Shown here: one piece after another, positions 42,140 to 55,369 of the stretch | Position numbering within the stretch: the first letter of the stretch is position 1 | How the letters are laid out: each line of letters begins with the position of its first letter | NCBI RefSeq assembly: GCF_046119375.1 | Contig: NW_027362769.1 | Coordinates: 179,738,001 to 179,802,000 of the forward strand | Length of the DNA: 64,000 bases | Direction of reading: 5' to 3' | Origin: Phyllobates terribilis | Taxonomy: Eukaryota | Translations under genes and position numbers: made by a program | The notes under the pieces: model-generated | The model's input: the letters and a program-made list of their open reading frames with translations, nothing else | What the model was told of the DNA's origin: nothing | Database searches by the model: none

Positions 42140-45100
42140 TGCCCCCCACATCCACCTCCAGGGGCTTCTCTGTCCTCATCTACATCCATAGACATTAATA
42201 TGGAGAAAAGTATGTGCCCCCCACATCCACCTCCGGGGGCTTCTTTGTCCTCATCTACATCCATAGACATTAATATGGAGAAAAGTATGTGCCCCCCACA
42301 TCCACCTCCGGGGGCTTCTCTGTCCTCATCTACATCCATAGACATTAATATGGAGGAAAGTATGTGCCCCCCACATCTACCTCCAGAGGCTTCTCTGTCA
42401 TCATCTACATCCATAGACATTAATATGGAGGAAAGTATGTGCCCCCCACATCTACCTCCGGGGGCTTCTCTGTCCTCATCTACATCCATAGACATTAATA
42501 TGGAGGAAAGTATGTGCCCCCCACATCTACCTCCAGGGGCTTCTCTGTCATCATCTACATCCATAGACATTAATATGGAGGAAAGTATGTGCCCCCCCAC
42601 ATCCACCTCCGGGGGCTTCTCTGTCCTCATCTACATCCATAGACATTAATATGGAGGAAAGTATGTGCCCCCCACATCTACCTCCGGGGGCTTCTCTGTC
42701 ATCATCTACATCCATAGACATTAATATGGAGGAAAGTATGTGCCCCCCACATCTACCTCCAGGGGCTTCTCTGTCCTCATCTACATCCATAGACATTAAT
42801 ATGGAGGAAAGTATGTGCCCCCCACATCCACCTCTAGGGGCTTCTCTGTCCTCATCTACATCCATAGACATTAATATGGAGGAAAGTATGTGCCCCCCAC
42901 ATCTACCTCCGGGGGCTTCTCTGTCATCATCTACATCCATAGACATTAATATAGAGAAAGTATGTGCCCCCCACATCCACCTCCAGGGGCTTCTCTGTCC
43001 TCATCTACATCCATAGACATTAATATGGAGAAAAGTATGTGCCCACCACATCCACCTCCGGGGGCTTCTCTGTCCTCATCTACATCCATAGACATTAATA
43101 TGGAGGAAAGTATGTGCCCCCCACATCTACCTCCGGGGGCTTCTCTGTCATCATCTACATCCATAGACATTAATATGGAGGAAAGTATGTGCCCCCCACA
43201 TCTACCTCCAGGGGCTTCTCTGTCCTCATCTACATCCATAGACATTAATATGGAGGAAAGTATGTGCCCCCCACATCCACCTCTAGGGGCTTCTCTGTCC
43301 TCATCTACATCCATAGACATTAATATGGAGGAAAGTATGTGCCCCCCACATCTACCTCCGGGGGCTTCTCTGTCATCATCTACATCCATAGACATTAATA
43401 TAGAGAAAGTATGTGCCCCCCACATCTACCTCCAGAGGCTTCTCTGTCATCATCTACATCCATAGACATTAATATGGAGGAAAGTATGTGCCCCCCACAT
43501 CTACCTCCGGGGGCTTCTCTGTCCTCATCTACATCCATAGACATTAATATGGAGGAAAGTATGTGCCCCCCACATCTACTTCCAGGGGCTTCTCTGTCAT
43601 CATCTACATCCATAGACATTAATATGGAGGAAAGTATGTGCCCCCCCACATCCACCTCCGGGGGCTTCTCTGTCCTCATCTACATCCATAGACATTAATA
43701 TGGAGGAAAGTATGTGCCCCCCACATCTACCTCCGGGGGCTTCTCTGTCATCATCTACATCCATAGACATTAATATGGAGGAAAGTATGTGCCCCCCACA
43801 TCTACCTCCAGGGGCTTCTCTGTCCTCATCTACATCCATAGACATTAATATGGAGGAAAGTATGTGCCCCCCACATCCACCTCTAGGGGCTTCTCTGTCC
43901 TCATCTACATCCATAGACATTAATATGGAGGAAAGTATGTGCCCCCCACATCTACCTCCGTGGGCTTCTCTGTCATCATCTACATCCATAGACATTAATA
44001 TAGAGAAAGTATGTGCCCCCCACATCCACCTCCAGGGGCTTCTCTGTCCTCATCTACATCCATAGACATTAATATGGAGAAAAGTATGTGCCCACCACAT
44101 CCACCTCCGGGGGCTTCTCTGTCCTCATCTACATCCATAGACATTAATATGGAGGAAAGTATGTGCCCCCCACATCTACCTCCGGGGGCTTCTCTGTCAT
44201 CATCTACATCCATAGACATTAATATGGAGGAAAGTATGTGCCCCCCACATCTACCTCCAGAGGCTTCTCTGTCATCATCTACATCCATAGACATTAATAT
44301 GGAGAAAAGTATGTGCCCCCCACATCTACCTCCAGGGGCTTCTCTGTCCTCATCTACATCCATAGACATTAATATGGAGGAAAGTATGTGCCCACCACAT
44401 CCACCTCCGGGGGCTTCTCTGTCCTCATCTACATCCATAGACATTAATATGGAGGAAAGTATGTGCCCCCCACATCTACCTCCGGGGGCTTCTCTGTCAT
44501 CATCTACATCCATAGACATTAATATGGAGGAAAGTATGTGCCCCCCACATCTACCTCCAGGGGCTTCTCTGTCCTCATCTACATCCATAGACATTAATAT
44601 GGAGGAAAGTATGTGCCCCCCACATCCACCTCTAGGGGCTTCTCTGTCCTCATCTACATCCATAGACATTAATATGGAGGAAAGTATGTGCCCCCCACAT
44701 CTACCTCCGGGGGCTTCTCTGTCCTCATCTACATCCATAGACATTAATATGGAGGAAAGTATGTGCCCCCCACATCTACCTCCGGGGGCTTCTCTGTCAT
44801 CATCTACATCCATAGACATTAATATAGAGAAAGTATGTGCCCCCCACATCCACCTCCAGGGGCTTCTCTGTCCTCATCTACATCCATAGACATTAATATG
44901 GAGAAAAGTATGTGCCCACCACATCCACCTCCGGGGGCTTCTCTGTCCTCATCTACATCCATAGACATTAATATGGAGAAAGTATGTGCCCCCCACATCT
45001 ACCTCCGGGGGCTTCTCTGTCATCATCTACATCCATAGACATTAATATAGAGAAAGTATGTGCCCCCCACATCCACCTCCAGGGGCTTCTCTGTCCTCAT

Positions 45101-45572
45101 CTACATCCATAGACATTAATATGGAGGAAAGTATGTGCCCCCCACATCTACCTCCGGGGGCTTCTCTGTCATCATCTACATCCATAGACATTAATATGGA
45201 GGAAAGTATGTGCCCCCCACATCTACCTCCAGGGGCTTCTCTGTCCTCATCTACATCCATAGACATTAATATGGAGGAAAGTATGTGCCCCCCACATCCA
45301 CCTCTAGGGGCTTCTCTGTCCTCATCTACATCCATAGACATTAATATGGAGGAAAGTATGTGCCCCCCACATCTACCTCCGGGGGCTTCTCTGTCATCAT
45401 CTACATCCATAGACATTAATATAGAGAAAGTATGTGCCCCCCACATCTACCTCCGGGGGCTTCTCTGTCATCATCTACATCCATAGACATTAATATAGAG
45501 AAAGTATGTGCCCCCCACATCCACCTCCAGGGGCTTCTCTGTCCTCTTCTACATCCATAGACATTAATATGG
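42140..45572. repeat. 75-bp minisatellite, ~46 copies, with higher-order structure
   Basis: Unit ATGTGCCCCCCACATCTACCTCCGGGGGCTTCTCTGTCCTCATCTACATCCATAGACATTAATATGGAGGAAAGT. Confidence 0.97.
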
Positions 45573-45574
45573 AG

Positions 45575-46450
45575 TCGTCCTTTGCAGATATAACGGCTCT
45601 CGCTCTTCTGTGATTTGTACAAAATTTTAGAGGCGTCTGTGGGAATTTTTGCCCCTTCGTCCAGAAGATCATTTGTGGTGGCAGACCCTGATGTTGGGGG
45701 GAGGCTCACAGTCTCCATTATAGGATGGGGTTAGGGTCCGGGCTCTGTGCAGTCGCTCATGTTCTCCCCATGCCCTGTATGGAGCTTGTGCACTGGACGC
45801 AGTCATGGGGGACAGATAAGGGTCTTCCCCAAACTGTTCCCACAAAGCTGAAGCTACAATTGTCCACCATGACTTGTGCTGAAGATTTTCCATCACTGGA
45901 GCTGAGGGTCCGCAGCCACCCCCTGATAACAGCCCATAGCATTATCCTCCTCCACCATCTGTACAGGGGGCACAATGCAGTCGGGGGGTAACGTCCTCCT
46001 GGAATCACCAGACTCCTCCATTAGACGCAGATAGAGAAGTGCGATCCATCACTGCACAGAACGCGTCTCATCCAGAGTCCAGTGGTGGCGGCTTTACACC
46101 ACTCCATCTGACGCTCAGCATTGTGCTTGGTGATGTACGGCTGCATGCAGCAGCTCAGCCATGAAGCTCCCAGTGGAGGTTTGTGCTGATGTTAATACCA
46201 AAGGAGGTCTGGATTCTGCAGTTATGGTGTCGGCAAAGCGGTTGAGACTTTTCTGCCCTCTGCTCCTCAGCACTCGGCCCCCCGCTCTGTAACTTTACGG
46301 GGTCTCCACTTCATGGCTGAGTTGCTGCGGTTCCTTCTTCTTCTCAGTAATATTGTTCACAGGTGGTAGGGGAAGAAATGTTATGGACGGACTTGTTACA
46401 CCGCTAGCTCATATTATAGGATCGCGCTGGTATCAGGGAGCGCCACACCA
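45575..46450 (-). mobile_element. Old, highly degraded Tc1-like remnant
   Basis: Sequence resembles Tc1-like transposase DNA by eye; no intact ORF, boundaries approximate. Confidence 0.45.
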
Positions 46451-47671
46451 CCGGCCGATCTGTCACATCGTAGTAATGGCGGCATGGCGAGGGGACAGAG
46501 GTTATACACTGGGGGGGCCGGAGGTTATATGTGGGGGTGCAGAGGTTATATATTAGGGGATAAGGGGCTGGAGGTTATGCACGGGGAATAAGGGGACGGC
46601 ATGTTGATTTGCAGTGGCCCCCAGCGTCAGTGTTACTGGCCCAGTCGGGCACTGCCGCAGCCTGTATCATCTGTATTGAATCAGAATTAGTCCTCATTCA
46701 CATGTCAGTGATTTTTCTCAAGCAATTGCAGTTTCCCCCACCCATTATACCAATGTTACCCCGGACCGTTCATGGATTATACCGATGCCGTCCATGTGCC
46801 GTCGCTGATCTTCACAGTCCCATAGGCTTGTGCGTGTTACAGAGGTGCGAATGGCCCCATAGACTGCGGGGAATTCCTGTTACATCTGTGCAAAACAGAA
46901 CACGCACGTGACAAGGCCTCGTTCACATGTCCGTTTAGGTGTTTTTTTAGGTGTATAAACACGTCTTTTCTAGTGGAAACCGCTTCTTTCAGAATATTTT
47001 AAAAAGTTTTTCAATCATAAGTTTTTTTCTGCAGCTTTCAGTATCAAGTTTGGAGATTTTTTTTTCCCACCAGGATTTGTTTCCTAGTAATGTTATGCAC
47101 CTTTTTTTTCCCCCCTAAAAAATGTTTTGTTTTTTTTTTTATAACCTGAAAAAAAAAACACTCAAAAGACCGAATATAAACAACAAAGTGGTTTTAACTT
47201 GGAAACAAATAGGAAGAGTTTGTCAAACTTTTTTTTTCTAATTAGACGCGCTCCAAATAAAAACAAACAAATCAAAAATATCTGTTAGCACATAGCTTTA
47301 GGATGTATGTTATAGTCTGGTGGATTCCCCACAATTTTTACTTTCTGCACTGAAAAGGGGCAAAGTCCACAGTGACGTCCCGACAGGTGTAGAGGACACC
47401 ATGTAACCCCTCGTTCACACTGCTCTTATAGTCCGCAGCGATGTGTGCATGGGAACCTGTCTCCATGTGACTGCGGTGGATTCGCACGAGGAACATTTGC
47501 TGCTTATTACAGCGGCCACGGTGTAGACGAGCGCTGAAGATGCTGCATTCACGGGCGGCAGAGACTCGGCCGTGGAAGGTTTGGAAAGTTTTTATGAAGA
47601 TGGAAAAATTAGGAAATGCTCAGGAAATTCACTTTTTTGGCAAAAAAAAACCCACAAAAAAACTCATCCCA

Positions 47672-47860
47672 CCAAGGACAACATCTGCAAGGAGTTTGTA
47701 TGTTCTCCCCGTGTTTGCCCGGGTTTTCTCCGGGTTCTCCAGTTTCCTCCCACACTCCAAAGACTGATAGGGAATTAAATTGTGAGCCGCAATGGGGACA
47801 GTGCCGATAATGTCTGTAAAGAGCTGTGGAATTAATGGCGCTATATAAGTAAAATAAATA
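47672..47860 (+). mobile_element. 5'-truncated SINE (V-SINE-like core, L2-like A-rich tail)
   Basis: GGAGTTTGTATGTTCTCCCCGTGTTTGC...TTTCCTCCCACACTCCAAAGAC core, ending GGCGCTATATAAGTAAAATAAATA. Confidence 0.65.
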
Positions 47861-49199
47861 TGAGCAGCAATGTGGATTTTCCAGTGAACTGAATAGAAAG
47901 AGCATGTGAAGTGATTTGTTTAGGAGAATTTTGGAGCAGATCCGCTGAGAAATAAACCCCTCCTTGCGCGTCCGGCCTATAGTGACAGGCTTCGGATTTT
48001 AAATAGGTGAAATGTGCTGAAATATCGCTCCTCGCTGCACTAAAATCCGCTGTGCAATACGGTGCGCCTGATAAATGAGTGACGACTATTGTTAAATATA
48101 AGGTTCTGTTAAATTCCATATATTTTCAATACAAAAAAAAAAAAAAAGTTATGTATAGACCCGTAATGAAATTACAGCTGTCATCCACAGCAACCAATCA
48201 GCTGCCAGCTCTTAGGGAGGTTAGAAAATGAAAGCAGCGACCTGATTGGTGGCGACAGACAACGCTTCGATGTTCCATATCAATAGATTTTACCACCTCG
48301 GCTTGTCGATGTCTCGGAGATCGGCTTCAGTGTTTTTGGTTTTGACTTTATTTTGCTGTGTCAGTACATTTTCATAGAAGAAAATATTCACCGCACCCTC
48401 GAAGCTTCAGTGCAGATTCTTATTGTGAAGTCTGCACAGTGACCGAGATAACGTATGGAGCGACCGAAGGAGAAGGTGCCCTGCTCACCCCTCCCAGGTC
48501 TTCAAGTGGAGGAAAAGAAGGGAAAAATATAAATGCTGCAGGAATGTACAGGGAGGAATGCAAACATGATAATCCGGAATATTGTTAAAATCTGCATATA
48601 GAGTCTCTGTGAGCTGCGATCCTCCATACCTGACACGGGTCATCTCTCCAGATCATCAGACCGCTGTCTGCAGCATTCTGGGCACCGCACGTGTCAGCGG
48701 TCTGTGGACCTCTAGTGCTCGTACCGCAGGGTTACAGGTAATTAGGGGCCGCTCCACAGCTCTCGTCTGGCTCAGGACTCCGTATTTATTTTCTTACCAT
48801 GATTCTGCATCACAAAATTTCGGCCATGGAGTCCTCCAGATGTGGTGCCTCCATTTGGTCCTCCCGATCTGGTACTGCCATGGGGTCCTCCAGATGTGGC
48901 ATCACCATGGTCCTCCAGCCTTGGTACCTCCATGGGGTCCTCCGGATGCCATTTTTTTTTTTCTCACATGCAGACTTTCTTCATTGATGTTAGTCTATGG
49001 GGAAAGTCCTCATCCTCATGTGGACCAGCAAGAGAAATTGACATGCTGCAGTCTAGAAAGACCGCCCATGTCAGTTTCCGTGGGTGATCCGCAGGTGCAC
49101 AGAGATGCATAGTGTCACATCTGGACTCTGCTGGTCTGACACTGCATAACAGGCAGCGTCAAACCCGCCGCGGCTCCTGACAGTGTGCACATACCCTTA

Positions 49200-50702
49200 G
49201 GCTGCGTGCCCACTATGCATTTTTCAAGCGTTTTTCCCGCGGAATTTCCGCAATGAAAACGCTTGGTAATACGTGCCCCATTTTCCCCAATGATAATCCA
49301 CATGTGCTGTGCACATGCTGCGGAAATTTCCGCTGCGGATTATCATTGCGGAAAAATATGCAGCATGTCCATTAATTTTGCGGAAACGCGGCGTAATTGC
49401 CGCCATTGACTTGCATTGAATCGCTTAATATTCGCATCACTACATGTGCACACACGGATATTTTTTTTTTTAATCAGATAAATTTTTATTAAACATAACA
49501 AAACTTGGAAAAGATATTACATGACAATACTCGTTTTACAATATTACAGTAAGTTCCCCCCTTCCCTTACCCTCTCCCCCCCCCCCCCCCATGGAGACCT
49601 TTCTTTCTCTTTTTTTTTTTATTTTATTCCCCCCCTTCTTTCCTTTTCTTCCTTATTTTACTCCTTTTCTTTCCTTCCCCTACTCCCTTTCCTTCTCTTC
49701 CCCTTTTCTTCTTTCCTTCTTCCCTCTCCACTCCGCCATGCAGTTTACCTAGAGTTTTACTCTACAGCAGTATATATAGGTGTTACTCTAATGAATCCTA
49801 TCCCACCATGGCTGCCATAATTTATGGAAGTATTCCTGCTTATTCCTCTTGGTGTAAATACTTTTTTCAAGTTGAATTATATAGTTCGTTTGGGCAATGA
49901 ATTCGCGTCTGGACGGGGGCTCCTCTCTAATCAAAATATTTTGCAATTTTCTGGCAATAAACAATAATCTCGCAATTGCTATTTTGGTCATGTTGTCTGT
50001 TTTTATTTCCTCAACGTACCCTAATATACATGTCAGTGGGTCCCTAGGGACAATACACCTATACACCATTCCAATACGGTTCAACAATACGATCCAAAAG
50101 GAGGACAATCTAGGACAATGCCAAAGCATATGCAGTATGTCTGCCTGAGACTGCGAGCACCTTGGGTGCACATGCGGATATTAAGCGATTCAATGTGCGG
50201 ATGGTACCCGGGTGTGGAGGACAGGAGACTCTCCTCCAGAGCCAGGTACCATAGAACCTGTAAAAGAAAGAATAAAATAAAAAATATACATTATACTCAC
50301 CTTCTGATGGCCCCCGGTCTCCTCCGATGCGTCCGGTGTGTTGGGCGGCTCACGATGGTCTAAAAGGACCTTCCATGACGTCAGCAGGTCGTGTGACCTG
50401 TCACATGACTAAGTGACCACCGCAGGTCCTTTTAGACCATCGCGAGACATGGGGAAACCGGACGCAGCAGAGAAAACACCGGGGGCCATCAGAAGGTGAG
50501 TGTAATCTTTATTTTTTACCATTTTTATTCTTTTTTTTAACTTGGTCACACTATATATGCCGGTTCCATGGATTTATATAGTTGTGACCAAGTTGTCAAA
50601 CACTTTCCAAGTGATGCTAAAATCGCTTGGACCCATGCGGTTTTTCCTGCCAGGGAGAAGCGGAAAAAAATCTGCAGCATTTCTGCATGGTGGGCACTAG
50701 GC
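49200..50702. mobile_element. Harbinger-like MITE interrupted by an L1 fragment
   Basis: Ends (TTA)GGCTGCGTGCCCAC...GTGGGCACTAGGCC(TAA); internal blocks shared with 40664-41930. Confidence 0.72.
49461..50171 (-). mobile_element. 5'-truncated L1/Tx1-clade LINE 3' end
   Basis: Poly(A) (T-run at 49461-49471), AATAAA, purine-rich 3' UTR, ORF2 C-terminus PRC...DILHMLWHCP...FHKLWQPW. Confidence 0.85.
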
Positions 50703-50799
50703 CTAAGTATCTGCGAAGAGAATCTACCACACCTGCGCAATAACAAGTACACCGATCACCTCAGAAAATGTGCAGTCACCTGTAGAGCTCTGCCCCTAA

Positions 50800-51240
50800 C
50801 CACGCCCCCTGGCGAGACGTCAGATAGAACACGCCCTCTCAGCTTGTCATCAACGCCACGAAGGAGGCAGCGCCGCCTCCCTCGTGACGTCACGTGTGTG
50901 GACGCCGCTCGGTTCTGGTCGCTGCTTGTTCCGCTCTTTCCTCGGCGCCCGGATTACTGTAGGCTTCACCGGACCCGCCGCCTCTCGTGCAGCCCCGACA
51001 CCGGCTTCGGAGCGCGTGCCTTCCTCACAGGACTGTAGTCGCCGCCGAGTCCGAATGGTCGCCATCTTGTGACAGGGCCGCTGGAGAGCTGCGGAGCCGC
51101 GGACTCATGTGACTGGTCCCCGGGCGGAGAGAACAGCTGCCCCCGGGCCTGTGTCCCCCCGGACCCCGGGAGGAGCGGGCTGGGGGGCGGGGGAGGTGAG
51201 ACCGGGGAAGACCGGACAGAGCGAGCACAAGTGAGTGACC
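50800..51240 (+). promoter_or_regulatory. CpG island: probable MAP3K2 promoter and non-coding exon 1
   Basis: CRE TGACGTCA at 50885-50892 overlapping CACGTG; YY1-type CGCCATCTTG at 51060-51069; candidate donors GTGAGA at 51196 and GTGAGT at 51231. Confidence 0.65.
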
Positions 51241-51619
51241 CCCCCCCCGTGTGCCGATATGACCGATACCGAGGACACCGCCGACATTACACCCTCCAAC
51301 GGGAGCAGCGGGGTTCTGTCCGGTTCTGCTGTAATCTCCCCCACCACTAATGGTCCCGTCCATGCAGCCCCCGCACAGACCCCACATCCAGCCCCCAATA
51401 CTCCGGCACCAGGTTCACTCTCCAGACGTAGGAAAATAATTAGAAAATCTGTGACCCCAAAATATCAAATGGGGGGCACAACGTATTACTGGGCTCTCCT
51501 GTAGCGACACTGCCCCCTGGGGCATTCACTGTCACCCACCGCTGACGCTGCCCCCTTCTGCCCTGTTGCCCCATCAGTGATCCCCCTCCTACTCTGCCCT
51601 GTTGCCCAATGGGAACCCC

Positions 51620-52400
51620 TATCCCCTGTCCTATGTTGCCCCCCCCCTCCCCTCCCCTCCCCTCCCCTCCCCACTAGGGCCCCCTGGTCCCTTTGTCGTC
51701 ACTCCACAGAGAACCCCTGCTCCCCTCCCCTGTCTCGTTGCCCCACTGGGGGCCCCCCGCTTGCTCCCCCCTCCCCTGTCTCGTTGCCCCACTGGGGGCC
51801 CCCCGCTTGCTCCCCCTCCCCTGTCTCGTTGCCCCACTGGGGGCCCCCCCGCTTGCTCCCCCCCTCCCCTGTCTCGTTGCCCCACTGGGGGCCCCCCGCT
51901 TGCTCCCCCCCTCCCCTGTCTCGTTGCCCCACTGGGGGCCCCCTGCTTGCTCCCCCCCTCCCCTGTCTCGTTGCCCCACTGGGGGCCCCCTGCTTGCTCC
52001 CCCCCTCCCCTGTCTCGTTGCCCCACTGGGGGCCTCCAGCTTGCTCCCCCCTCCCCTGTCTCGTTGCCCCACTAGGGGCCCCCCGCTTGCTCCCCCCCTC
52101 CCCTGTCTCGTTGCCCCACTGGGGGCCCCCCGCTTGCCCTCCCCTGCCTCGTTGCCCCACTGGGGGCCCCCGCGCTCCCCCCCCCCCCTCCTCCCCTCCT
52201 CCCCTCCTCCCCTCCTCCCCTCCTCCCCTCCTCCCCTCCTCCCCACTGGGGCCCCACGCCCCCCCCCCTCCCCTGTCTCGTTGCCCCACTGGGGGCCCCC
52301 CTCTTGCTCCCCCCCCCCCCCTCCCCTGCCTCGTCGCCACACTGGGGGCCCCCTGCGTGCTCCCCCCCTCCCCTGCCTCGTCGCCCCACTGGGGGCTCTC
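51620..52400. repeat. C-rich ~41-44-bp minisatellite
   Basis: CCCCCTCCCCTGTCTCGTTGCCCCACTGGGGGCCCCCCGCTTGCTC repeated, with a (CCTCC)n stretch. Confidence 0.93.
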
Positions 52401-55297
52401 TGCTGCTTCTGTTTTCTGCTTATGTGCAGTGGATACTGTCCTGTGCACCGGGTGTGATGAAATGTGTCCTGTGAACCCTTCACTTCCCTTTTCTCTGCAC
52501 CTCGTACATGTTCTGCTACATTATGTGAGGCAAGGACATATCGGCAGCCTGGAGAACCTCGTCTCGGGGCTTATTCACACGGCCGATCAGTCCTTAGAAG
52601 CAGCACGTCACACTTACCCGATTATAGTCAATGGCACCGTTTAGAAAATAATCAGCAATAAAAATCATTGGGGAGAATTAATGGATCCGATAACAGGATC
52701 ACACAGAAGTGATCATCTTTGTCATATAGGAGTGAACCACACAATGGACCAAATAAGTGCAAAATAAGTGACAAAACTGCCCCCACTACCAGGTCTTATT
52801 GCCCCCGTGATGGCAGCGATTACACGGCTGCTGATCTTCACATTGATTCCCGCACGTGGACCTGGTCGAGTCTCTGGGATCAGCCGAGCTCCGGACTGCC
52901 GCCCATTTCTACCAATATTATTTCAGAATGTCTGCACTTATCTTGGTTGCTGCTGTGTGAGTGTGGATACAATGTATATGGCTGCTTATATGCAGAGCAA
53001 TATCTAGGCTGGATGCAATTGTTACAAACTCTCAGCTGTGACAAGTGTTAGGTCTAATGTAAATAATGTTATAGATTTACAGCAAGCAGAGATCTTGTAA
53101 ACTCTTATTAGAGATCTTTATTTGATTGTCTTCGGCTGGCGGGTTCTGTCGGGTTGTGGCTTCATGCTGAGTGTTTCTGGGGCTCCTCACCACAAGCACA
53201 TGTGCTGTTCGTCATTGTACTTTCCATGATGGGGGGGCTGCATCATTTGTAGTAAGGACTTCAGGCTGATCTCTCAGGAGCGATGCTGCCTTGTGAGGGG
53301 CGACACAGATTTATGGACTTGCACCCAGTGTGATATGGATAAGAGATGTCCAAAAGTGGAATCTTCAATATCCGGGCTCGTAGACATGTCTCAAAGAGCG
53401 AGAGCGCTGCACCTGCAGGGCCACGTCTACATTTCTGACATCTCTTCTGGGTCCCTCTATATTTCTTAAATGTTTCCGATGGGAGCACCCCATGGGTTTG
53501 TTGTCATGAGACGAATACATCGCAAATTATTACTTTTTTTTTGTCTGGATTTTCAAGTAGAGAATCCACAGCTTATTAAAGGGAACCTGACAGCTTATAC
53601 ATACTGCCCAATCCCCGGGCAGCATGCATCAGGCACCTGCTGTATGAACTCAGCTGAGTATGTTTGACTCTTAATCGCTGCTGCGTTTCATAGAATAAAA
53701 TACTTTAAAAGCTGCCACAGACTGAACCTTAAGGGGACTTGTCAGATAGGCAGGTCCCCGTGGCTTCTTCCCACCTGCTGCCCTAGAGTGACAGTCTCTC
53801 TCTATACGCCTGCATAGTTTGAGACCTGTCAATCCAGGGCAGGAGGTGGGAAGAAGCCGCCAGGGACCCGTTTATCTGAGTAGTCTCCAGCGCGGTTCGG
53901 TCCCCGGTGGCTTTGGCTGCAGTGTTTCAGAGTCACACATATGTGGCTGACCTACATCCAGTGCATGATATGTGCTGTCACACATCGGTCAGCACGGATC
54001 ATCTGTCGGGAATAACTCTTTACATTGAATCTATGTTCAGATATTGGCAAAGTGCTTGTAAAGTCCAACAGATTTGCAGTTTACTTGTTAAAAATTCTCT
54101 GTTTTTCAAGAGCAGTGGGAATTTAATGGATGTGGATCACTGCCTAGGTTACCGGCCACCTCTGCAGTCTAGCAGCTGTGGTCGAACATATACAGTGCTT
54201 ACAAGTGCTTTCCGGTAGTGCTTGTAGGCACTGCTCTGAAGCAGGCAGGATTGCTGGGGTTCGTTGTAAACTCCCAATCCTGCACCACGTCCAGTGCTAG
54301 GAGGTCGAGCGCACAGTCCAGGCCAATGGCACAACAATGCTGCAGGGGCTCACCGTCCCCAGCACCAGGCGGCTGGCAGTGATACGCTGCCTCAGGAGAC
54401 CTTGGGACAACCCCTGGAAAGTTAAATTCATATTAGGAATTTTCACAAAACTGCAGCAGGGTAGCCACACGCACCAGCATTTCACCAAATCCTCGCTAAT
54501 CTGCTTGTTGCATATGTGTATTGTGATGCAGATTTGCTGTAAAATCAGCAGTGGAAAATGTGCTCAATGTCTGAACTCAGAAGTGTCACCTAAGGCTGCA
54601 GTCAATGTATTGTGGAGACATGACTTCACACAGCTGTGAAGGCTGTCAGCTTGGATGTGACGTGGGCACATGTCGGTGGTCTCTTTCCACCGGTTCCATG
54701 TTTTGGATGGGGTTGACCCTCCTGTGTCGTTACAGTAGGTGCCCACCTTGTAGATTCAGCAGAGGCCAGTGCTCTGCGCTCAGTAACTTTTCTGGAAGGG
54801 CTGGTCCCAGGGGGCATTGATACTTTCAGTGTTTGGTGTTTAGTCTGCGGAGCGCTCCGCCGTCTGCACGTAATGTTCTGCTGCATCTTATTTTTATACT
54901 TCGGGAACCACGTACAACCATATTAGAGCTAGAAACACGATCCTTCTTCTGCCTGGGAAAATGAGCTGTATGATTTTTGGGTAGAATCCGAAGTCCTGCT
55001 GCTGCTGCTCCTGAATTTCCAGCTGGACTGGTTTGCCGGTTTTACTACTTGTTCTGGTTGTTGGTTTCTATGGCCGTGTACCCCCTTGTGGTCCTGGGGG
55101 GATTGGGGTGGGTTATCTAACAATGTATGGGGAAGGCTTGGATCTGTCAAATTGCAATACAGCTTTTCTAAAAAATGAACTGTGCCTGCACCTCATACAG
55201 GATCGTTCTTGGCTCCTGTGAGGTCCCGTATTTAATTTGCTTTTATGGATATTTTGCAGAAAGCATCTAGATATAACGTGTTTTCCTCTTGTTGCAG

Positions 55298-55369
55298 GAG
55301 AGAGGTGGGAACTACACATGAGACTCTTATCTCCCTGAGGCGACTGCTTGTACCAGTCTGCCATCATGG
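55298..55369 (+). CDS. MAP3K2: MAP3K2 exon carrying the start codon (ATGG at 55366-55369)
   Basis: ttgcag|...GCCATCATGG|gtaagt; supplies ATG+G, completing M-D with the next exon. Confidence 0.8.

Noticed and set aside
42058-45718. Many 94-292 aa ORFs on both strands
   Set aside because: Products of the 75-bp unit (multiple of 3), broken by 74-bp variants
51577-52644. Proline-rich or glycine-rich 250-355 aa ORFs resembling collagen/extensin
   Set aside because: Open in nearly all frames because the C-rich repeat lacks stops
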